A DNA stretch of 64,000 bases. Origin: Octopus sinensis (Eukaryota). This document shows positions 13,601 through 23,074 of the stretch, piece after piece. The stretch is taken from assembly GCF_006345805.1 (NCBI RefSeq), contig NC_043014.1:45198001-45262000 (forward strand). Direction: 5' to 3'. The stretch's first letter is position 1. Each line of letters opens with the position of its first letter. Under the pieces are notes generated by a model. It saw nothing but the letters and a program-made list of their open reading frames with translations. It searched no databases and was not told the DNA's origin. The translations under genes and the position numbers were made by a program.

Positions 13601-14611
13601 CTTTTTTTTAAATTGAATTCTAATTTTGTTTTCTGAATTCATATTGAAAATTTATGACTTGAATAAATTTCATTTATTATTATTATTTTTTTTTTTTTAA
13701 TTTAAACAGGATGTCGTTGATCAATTAATCTTTCAATTTCGGTACAAGACAAATCATTTTTAAAAGTAATGCTCTAGAAACGAGTTTATACATTTTGATG
13801 ATTCTTTTTTTTTTTTTTCCAAGTTTTCAATTAAGACTGAAATGGTTTCATAAAAACCACCTTATTTAATAGCAAAATGGAGTTGAAAAAAAATATATAA
13901 AGCAAGTAAGCAAAAGTGAGATTTTTAAGGGAAAGGAGTATAAATAGCAGCACAAGCTAAATTCAAGCAACAAAAGATGACAAAAAAAAATATTGATGAT
14001 AATGGTAGTAGTAGTAGTAGTAGTAGATGATGATGATGACGATGACTATGATGATGATGATAGTGGTAGAGGAACAGATGACAACCATAATATGGAGGCT
14101 GATGGTAGTGGTAGCAGTAGTGATAAAGATTCACCATGACTGGTCATGGTGAGTCTTTTGAAGTATTGACAAAATCATAATGATGATGATGATGATGATG
14201 ATGATGGTGGTGGTGATGATAGCAGTGGTAGAGGTGGTGGTGGTGGTGGTGGTGATGTGTTGTTGGGGTGGGAGGTCAGCAATCTTGTTAGTGGCAGAGA
14301 CAAATGTGATGTTATTTGTTAGTGAGATTTTGATTTTTTTTTTTGTTCTTTTTTTCTATTTTTTTTTAGGGTGCTGAAGAACTAATAATCTCAGTTCCCA
14401 TAAATCTTGATGAGGAAGAGGAAGAGAAGGAACATAAGTAGTGATGATAAAGCTGTCAATGTTGCTTGGGCTTTGACTTGAGGAACTGGTTCAAGAAGAG
14501 GAGGCAGGAGATATGGAGATTGGAGGGAGTTATGATTTCAGTAATCTTGCTAATCACAGTAGTAGTAGTGGTAGTGGTAGTGGTGGTGGTGGTGGTGGTA
14601 GTAGTAGTAGC

Positions 14612-14645
<34 letters not shown>

Positions 14646-15344
14646 TCGATGGTGGTGATGGTGGTGGTGGCGACGATGGTGGTGTTTGAAAAGAAATGAA
14701 AATGATGTCAAGGGAAACAATGACAATGATACCAAGCAAAGGTGACAGCAGCGGAAAGCTAGCATGCTGCTACTGATGCTTACAATAATTTTTATAATTA
14801 ATGTAGTGCAATGTCATACAATTTTCAATTCCCCTCACCGCTCCGAGCACCTTTATTTTATTTTATCTTTTAATGACAACATCGGTAACATGACAGGAAG
14901 TGAAGGGAAAAGCTTGTAAAGAAGTATTGGTAATAGGATGAATCATATCCAGACTAATGTCAACATAAACAAACAGCAGCATGAAGGTGTAATATTTTTA
15001 CAATTAAGAGCCTGAACTTAACATTTTGAAGAGGAATTCAAAACATTGCAAGCAACTGCTAAAATAATAAAAGGTCTATGCAATGATAAAATACTGTTTA
15101 TTTCATACACAACCTATTTTAGAGATTTCTGCTAAAAGTGGTACCATAAATTTACTGATGGCTTTGATTTAATTCTCAAATCTTTTCAAATCCATGTTCA
15201 AATGGCAAAAATCCATTGATAAATTTCTAAAAATATAATTTTTTTTTCCTTTTTTTGCTTTTTACTCTTTCAACTGTTTTGTGACAAGTGTTCATGTAAC
15301 TATGATGAATGTGTATGCAAAGGTATGTGAGTATATATAGAGAG

Positions 15345-15387
<43 letters not shown>
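11776..15387. repeat. Tandem duplication of a ~1.79-kb unit (copies 11809-13556 and 13601-15357) bounded by (TA)n
   Basis: Directly visible, period 1792 at the left edge; the copies differ by about 5 substitutions and several microsatellite lengths. Confidence 0.97.
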
Positions 15388-15389
<2 letters not shown>

Positions 15390-18050
15390 GTGTGTTTGAT
15401 AAAAAATACCTATAATATCTTCTAACGAATGTATCAATCAGCATCTTTAGTATGAGCCTTGATTAGCTCGATTGAATTGATATCAAAAGATATATTTGCT
15501 TTGAATTAAAAGAAATTGGACACATGAAAAAAATATGATGAAAAAAATGTATGTATCACACATTAACTGTAAATGGAAACACACACTTTTATGAGCATAT
15601 TATCAAATTGAAAAAATAATATCTGAAATCAGTTGACAACATTTAATTAAGACAATAAAAAAATATAAATAAAGAGCTGAACTTTAATTATGTCTCTTTA
15701 AAAGTTTTAATTTAAGCTTGAAAATTTTCAATGTACATATTTTTGTTCGCTTTAAAAAAAAAAAAGGAAAAAAACGGAAAAACTTGATAAAATCAGTTTT
15801 TAGTATGTAGACTGAAATTTTAGCAAAAAAAAAATAATAAAGAAAATCAATAAGCTCTGAGGTTATGCTATTCTTATTAAGGAATTCTAGCTGAGCAAAA
15901 GTCATGTTCCCTCTATAATATCACTAAAATATATATTTATCTTGTGTTTTAAACTTACAGAAAAAAAAAACTAATTTAACAAAAGAAGGAATCTTTAAAA
16001 AATATCAGCTAATATATATGTAAAGTTTCTTGTTTTTTGTTGCGCAAACTAAATAATAAGTTCTTAATAATTCCATGATATTTATTATTGCAATAAACAG
16101 TGATTCAAATGTAGTATTCTTTGAAATGGTATCAATATCTTATAGATAGAAGAATAAAAATGAAGATCTGTATGAGTTGGTAATATTTGCCAATCTTGTT
16201 AATGCATAGATAAGTGGGCACCATTTTCATGTTAAAAATATACAAATGGGTATATTTACCAGTATATTATACAGGTATCAATTTTGTAAACGGTACTTTC
16301 TGTTGATGTTATTTGACAAAATGACCAGCCCCGTTTCTTGATTTTATAGTGACATACATTTGTCATTGACAACTGGAAACATTTTTATTGGGCTTGAAAA
16401 CGGTAAGGAAATGGATGAAATGCTCAAATATTACAGGTAAGGTTGAAATCATTTCACTTTCATCATTCACCAGCATGCTACCAACAAGACAATGAGGACT
16501 ATGAGTATACCAAGAGTATATCAAGAGGCTCACATCTACACAAGAATTTATATAGATTATCTGAGACTGCAGTTTAAATGAACTAATAAAGAGTATGTAC
16601 AAATGATGAGAATTGCCCAAATTAGAAACAATTTATATAAATTTTAAAACAATTTTTTTTGTTTTGTTTTATTACAAGGACAGTTTTGTTTAGTTTTTTG
16701 AATGATCTGCAAAGACCAAAAGATGCAAAGTAATTGTGTCTTAGATAAAATATGCTACAAATATAAACCAATATGGTTGTAGGTGAAGATCAATTTCTGT
16801 CGGCTTCAAATTTACAGTACATACTTAAACTAACCAGCAAATTTATAGTATGTACTTCAAATTGACAGCACACACTTAAACGGTCAGAGAATAATTACTA
16901 TATAAAGGAAAAATGTTAGAAAAAGCAGTTTAGAAAGATCTAAAAATAAGAAAGTTATTTGAAAACTAATCAAATTTTAGTCTTCCAATAATTGATTTTA
17001 CAATATAAATTGAGCTTGTCATTTTAATTTCGGATAAAAATGTTTTTACCATTTAGGAAATGAATTATCAAACGAGCTTTTTGAAAGAAGGTGTGTATTT
17101 TAGGCTACATAAACAACGAAATCTAGCATAAACAATTAAAACTGTAAAATCGTAAGTAAATATTATAATATGCAATTGAAAATTAAAAATCTAAAAACAA
17201 AATAATTCAAAACAAGAAATTAAATTCTGCTGGAAATGCAAGTTAGAATCTAAATCTAAAAAACAAAGCAGCAAAAGAATTTGAATAAAAATTGAAAGTT
17301 AATTTTATTTTTAAATAATACTCTGCAGAAAATGTTTGTAATATGATGTAAAATTTTCCCCCATGTACAGGTATGGAAAACATTAAAAATAGTTCAATAA
17401 AAATCTAAAAGTTAACATAGTCAAGAGCTCTTACTTTATTTACCCCAACCCTCTCTTTTTAAGTAGATGATTGTGTTCAAGTTGGTGGCATGCTTTAGCC
17501 CACAAGTAGGAAAGGGCCAAATGTTTAGAACAATTCCGAGCATGGACAATGGACTTCTCTGCAGGGTGTCACCAAATATAATGCATCACACACAATTTTA
17601 CAAGTAAAAAAAATCATTATTTCTCTTTTGAGAAAATAACATTTAAAGTTGATGTCTATTGATTATGATAGATAATGTGAAGAATAATTGTCACATACAA
17701 AATACTATAATCTTTTTAATAGAAAATACTTAGAACCAAGATTGTTAGCAATAATTTTGCTAACATCTATTCCAAATGTCCTGCATGTGTGTTCTTCAGT
17801 TTGCATACTTAGATGCACGTTTATCTTCAAACTGTATGGTTCGTAATTTTACGTAAAGAATTCTAGAAGTTTGAGAGTCTTAAAGATCCCCTGCAGCAAG
17901 TCCCAATAATAGAATCCAGTGGCAAGGAGTTTGCATGCGAACATTCAGGCTAATGGTAGTAGTAGTAGAAATGTATGTCTGTCGTAGAAAGCTTTTGAGG
18001 AGGGATAACTCCAAATATAGGACACACCAAAATACAAAGCAGTTAAACAA

Positions 18051-20567
18051 CTACAGCATACCTTCCTCTGTTTGAACTTGGTTTTCTCCATTAGGAAGTG
18101 ACTGTACATCCTGTGAATGACTTATCACATTGGACTCATTGTCCATATCTGCAGACACAGAACTGCTATTTTCAGTTGGAATTGTGGATTTCTGTACAGG
18201 TAATTCCTCCATTGCAACAGTTGGTTGCTGAGAAATTTCAGAATTATCTTTAACTACAATAGATTCTTTGTCATCATCAGCAACAGGCACTTGTTCAACA
18301 GAACCAGAAATGTCTATCTGCTCAGCGCTGCTTGGACCATTTTCTGTAGATTTATCATTTTCAGTATTTGCTACCTCATTTTCAGCTGTTACCTCCTCAG
18401 TGTGACTGTCACCCTTTCCAGGTGCATTATCAATATCTTGTTCTGAGACTGCTTCTGATGTAATTTCACCTGCTGGTGTTAATTCTGTTGCTATCGTCTC
18501 TGCTGCTTCTTTTACTTGTTCAGCTTCATCAGCTGATGCTTTCTCTTCCACTACATCACTGCTATTATCCTCATTTGTTTTGGCTTCTGATGGTGTTAAA
18601 GCTGCCCCTTCTTCTGTATGTACAGACTGAGCAGATTCTTCTACAGCTGGTTGTTTTGTTTCCTCTTCTGATGGAATTTCCTCAACAGTTTCTTGGGGTT
18701 CTAAATGTTCTTCAGCTACAGATTCATGAGGTTCTTCAATAACAGCCTCTTTGAGTTCCTCAACCACAGCCTCTCCAGCCTCAGCCACTTGAGATTCTTC
18801 GACTGCAATTTTTTGCTGTTCTACAGCTTCGTGTTGCTTTTGCTCAAATTCCTGCTGAACTTCTTCCAATACTGCTTCTACTAAGCTCTCTTCATAAGGT
18901 TTTTTAACAGGTTCTTCAACAATAGCAGTTTTCTCTTCAATATCCACTAAAACTGGGCTTTCTGTTGATTGTACCTCTTCAACTACAGATTTAACAGCAC
19001 TAGCTGCTTCTTCTGTTGGTAGTATTAAGTCCTCTTCATAGGCACCTTTAGGAGAGGGTAATGCTGAAGGTACTTCAGCTGTCATCAAGTCAGTTGACAA
19101 AATATTGTTAGATTCAGTATGTTCACTCTTGAAAATCTCTTCAGTTTTCTCTTCATCTTCCACAACTGGTGGTGGAGGAGGAGGTAAGCTATCTTCTACT
19201 TGATGAGCAGCCTCTTCAATTTCTTGCTTCACAGTATCTACAACGGTGTCTACACTGGTCTCGGTGATGGCTTCAACAATGTTTCCACTGTCAACACTAG
19301 TTTCCTGGAGTTCAACCTTAGGCATAACCAGTGCATCTACACTAGTTTCAGTAGCATCAGGTTCAACAATTTTACCACTATCTACACTAGTCTCGGCAAC
19401 ATCAATATCCAGGGGAACAGCTGGAATATCAACAGGTTCTTCTTTAGAAACTTTATCTTCAACAAGTTCTTTAACATCACTACTATCAACATTAGATGTT
19501 AATACAGTAGATGATTCAGATTCTTTACTAGTGGGAAGAAATTTATCAATTAAAGAGGAGGGCATTTTCTCAGAAACAGCTGAAATAACAGTTGATACTT
19601 TCTCTTCAACAACAGGAACAACCACTTCTTCAACTTTATCAGCAACTTTAGTCACACCTTCTTTTACTTTTTCTGTAGCAAAGCTTACAATACCGGCATC
19701 TTTTGAATCACTTTCAACCTTTTTCACTTCAGTAACTGTTTCTGAAACGGTAGTGATAATTGGCTCAGATTTAATTACTTTGCTGGACTCCTTGGTGAAA
19801 TGTTGAACCTCAGTAACCACATCCTCTTTTGCAGGAACTGAGTCAATTGCTGAGCCGACTGAGTCTGAAAATTTACTAACAGACGAAACTACAGTTTTAT
19901 ATTCTTGAGTGGAGCTACTGGTAATTTTGCTCACTGATTCAGTTGCACTGGTAGTATGTTTGGTTACTGATTCTGATACATTGTTACTAAGAGTCTTCAC
20001 AGATTCATTAGTACCAGACACAACTTTACTAACTTGCTCAGAAGCACTGCTTGTAATTTTGCTCACTTCTTTTGTGACCATAGTCTTACATTCCTCAGTA
20101 ACAGATTTCACAACTTCAGATGCAACCTCCATTGCAGTTGCTTTAATATCTTCTGCAACATCTTTCTTGTCAACCATAACAAAATCTTCCTCTTTCTTTT
20201 CCAAAGTAGACTTAACTTCTTTAGTCACATCTGAGACAGTTGAAGCAGCTTCAGCTGTAGCAGATGCTACTTCATCTTTCTTTTCCTCAACCGCAGCTTC
20301 AACTTTAGCAGCTTCTGCACTCACAGCCTCTCCCACATCTGTCACATTTTTCAGTATGTCCAACTCTGTTTTATCTATTTGTATATCTGCGGTTCCTTCC
20401 TTGCTCACCTCAACACTAACCCCTTGGAGAAGTGGCTCTTGGGCATTTTCCCCAGAAGCTGCAGGACGTTCAAATAGCACATTTTCTTCATTTTTTTCAA
20501 CAGGCTTATCTACTAAATTTTCTTCTTCAGCCTCTTTTTTGGCTTGTTTACCCAAAGAACACCCCAT
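18051..20567 (-). CDS. Intronless 838-aa acidic low-complexity protein with MGC N-terminus (predicted myristoyl/palmitoyl), LIR motif, 11-mer repeats, polyproline tract and AKAP-like helices
   Basis: 2517-bp uninterrupted ORF in a genome where other ORFs are under 230 aa. Context aaacATGG, in-frame TGA 14 codons upstream, TAG stop. Composition is E/V/S/T/A/K-rich and not derived from a microsatellite. Confidence 0.9.
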   Translation of the reverse strand: MGCSLGKQAKKEAEEENLVDKPVEKNEENVLFERPAASGENAQEPLLQGVSVEVSKEGTADIQIDKTELDILKNVTDVGEAVSAEAAKVEAAVEEKKDEVASATAEAASTVSDVTKEVKSTLEKKEEDFVMVDKKDVAEDIKATAMEVASEVVKSVTEECKTMVTKEVSKITSSASEQVSKVVSGTNESVKTLSNNVSESVTKHTTSATESVSKITSSSTQEYKTVVSSVSKFSDSVGSAIDSVPAKEDVVTEVQHFTKESSKVIKSEPIITTVSETVTEVKKVESDSKDAGIVSFATEKVKEGVTKVADKVEEVVVPVVEEKVSTVISAVSEKMPSSLIDKFLPTSKESESSTVLTSNVDSSDVKELVEDKVSKEEPVDIPAVPLDIDVAETSVDSGKIVEPDATETSVDALVMPKVELQETSVDSGNIVEAITETSVDTVVDTVKQEIEEAAHQVEDSLPPPPPPVVEDEEKTEEIFKSEHTESNNILSTDLMTAEVPSALPSPKGAYEEDLILPTEEAASAVKSVVEEVQSTESPVLVDIEEKTAIVEEPVKKPYEESLVEAVLEEVQQEFEQKQHEAVEQQKIAVEESQVAEAGEAVVEELKEAVIEEPHESVAEEHLEPQETVEEIPSEEETKQPAVEESAQSVHTEEGAALTPSEAKTNEDNSSDVVEEKASADEAEQVKEAAETIATELTPAGEITSEAVSEQDIDNAPGKGDSHTEEVTAENEVANTENDKSTENGPSSAEQIDISGSVEQVPVADDDKESIVVKDNSEISQQPTVAMEELPVQKSTIPTENSSSVSADMDNESNVISHSQDVQSLPNGENQVQTEEGML

Positions 20568-21892
20568 GTTTCCTAGCTTACAGTAATTTCTATTTCTCAG
20601 AAAATCTCACAAAAATAAGTTTGTATTTAGCTTCACGTTCTCCTTTACTTTCTTAACTTCTTATTTTTCTTTCAAAGAAAAAAAACTTACAGATCAACAA
20701 ATAACTTTGAAGAAACAGAAATACTTCTATTTTTTTCCCTTTTGTTGTAAATTATTAAAGATATAGTGGACTTCGTTAAAGCATACTTAATTCAACAAAA
20801 CAACAGCAAATCATTCAAATTACAAAATCCAACAAAAATATGTATGCAAAGTCTTTCAAAGGAGGATATTTGTCATGGATAAAGCAAATATTTTCTCAAC
20901 TGAAATACTAAATCCAAATAAGGTACTCCAAGTGTTTAATGTTTCCAATATAATTCAAAAGTAGAAAATTCCAGGTTTCTTTTAGTTAGGTATTCAATCA
21001 AGAAAAAAAAAAGTTGTGTAAATCCACGTGAAAGCCACAATTATTGCAACTAATTAACAGAAGCTAAGTGAGGAAAACCAACTCACCAAAAAAAAGTTGT
21101 AGCAAGAATTCTTGAAATACAAATTGAAAATTTTTTTTTACACAATAATATAAAAAAAAGTATTTTTTTTTCCTCTCTTTTTAGCACGTGTGATAGTAAA
21201 AAATGGCTTATCCAGTACTGCAATTTCTTTTTCTAGTAAAGAATAAATCTCCAAAATGTAAATATGAAATAATCCGAGAGTGTAGAATGAAGAAATCAGT
21301 CCAAGTTGGTGTTATAAGGTGTGGGCTTTTTGCTTTCTTCAAGAGCCAGCACAAAACATATACTGCTATCTCCTCGACAATTATTACAGATAAAATACAA
21401 AGGTATATCCCAGCAGAAAAACTGTAATCTTTTTACCAGAATTTGATTTTCATGAAGTCTTAATTAATTGATTCCAGGATGCATTTCTAACATCACTGCT
21501 ACAAGACAAACCTTCTGTCAAATTAAGGAGTTCTGTGGTGTGCGCGCGGCTCTGATATGCAGTCTGTAAGCACAGACAAAACCAGGCAATGTAGCTGACT
21601 GCTCAGGAGGAAAGCAGAGGGCAGTAGTGGCTGGTTAGAAATCCTAGCTGCCACTCCTAACAATGTATGAAGATGGTAGCATAGAGAAAAGTGCTGAGAA
21701 GAGAGAAGATTCTTTTCCCATCAGTAAAAGTGAGTTGAGATTAACAGCTATCTAGTCTGAAGGCTAAACTACTACTGCTGTTGTGAAGGTAAAAGTTATG
21801 GTAGGTGTAGTAATGACAGAACTGGCAGTGTTGCGAGTAGTTCTTATAGTAGTGGCAACAGCTAATGCTGGCTACTGCTGCTCACTAAAACT

Positions 21893-21985
21893 AGTAGTAG
21901 TAGTAATAGTAGTAGTAGCAGCAACAGCAGCAGCAGCAGCAATAGTAGTAGTAGTAGTAGTAGTAGTAGTTGTAGTAGTAGTAAG
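21893..21985. repeat. (GTA)n/(GCA)n compound trinucleotide microsatellite
   Basis: Directly visible. Confidence 0.95.
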
Positions 21986-22280
21986 GATAAAAAGGGAGGA
22001 GTATGTCTAAATACACACACACATACAGTACACAAACACACAAACACAAAGAATATCCATCCACCAACTGACTAGGTGTCTGCGGCTATGTCAGGGAGAA
22101 CTGACTGTCTCAGAAAATGGCTATAGTCAGTGAGTGTTATGTTTCCTTTGCTGTTTCCACTTCTTGCTTGTCTGACAGACTGACTGCCTGTCTAGTTTGA
22201 TGCCCCTCTCTTCACACATCAATTCCTTTATCCATTCAGTACACCATGGACTTGTACACTACTCAGCACCATTCAATCAG

Positions 22281-22284
<4 letters not shown>

Positions 22285-22342
<58 letters not shown>

Positions 22343-22365
22343 TTTTCTCTCTCTCTCTCTCTCCC
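22285..22365. repeat. (CT)n microsatellite
   Basis: Directly visible. Confidence 0.95.
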
Positions 22366-22755
22366 TTCTCAAATGTTGTACAGAATTGAATTTCAACCAA
22401 CAGAAAACTATGAGGAGGGATTAAAAAAAATATATATATATAGGGAGTAAATTGAGAAGAATGGAAGGGAAATAGTAAAAGAAAGGGAAATCTAAAGACA
22501 AAAGAAAAAGAAAAAAAAAAAATATCAACTTCCCTATGGAAAAAGAATACCAATGAGACTAAGTAGTAACAGAGGGGTGAGAGAGAAAGAGGAAAAAAGT
22601 ATTTAAGAGAAGGATATTTTCAAGTAAGAAAGGAAATCAGCCTTCTCACTAACAATAAAAAAAAAACAAAACACCCAAGTGGAAAATGCATTCAAGAGAG
22701 GATCACTTTAAAATCACCCCTCTCTTTTTCTCTATCTCTCTCCCTCCCTCCCTCC

Positions 22756-22793
<38 letters not shown>

Positions 22794-23029
22794 CTTCTTC
22801 TCCATCTACATATCTGCCTATCTAACTGCATGTCTCTCGCATGGCTATTTTCCTTTTTTTTTTGTTTTTTTTAGCTTTTATTTCAGGATATATTTGCTTT
22901 TATTTTTGTTCTTAATAATTGATTAGAAAGTTGCTCCTGCAATAAGGTAACAATTATTAGCTCATTAATTATTTCCCCCCCACTTACAGCTCTGAATCCC
23001 CCACCGCCAGCTACCAAACCATTTCCCCA

Positions 23030-23074
<45 letters not shown>

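Noticed and set aside
12135-14765. Poly-H, poly-Y, poly-V and poly-M ORFs
   Set aside because: Translations of triplet microsatellites, with stops in the unique spacers.
19246-20586. Plus-strand ORFs of 186 and 225 aa
   Set aside because: Antisense shadows of the biased-codon 838-aa CDS; S/T/L/V-rich with weak starts and no independent signal.
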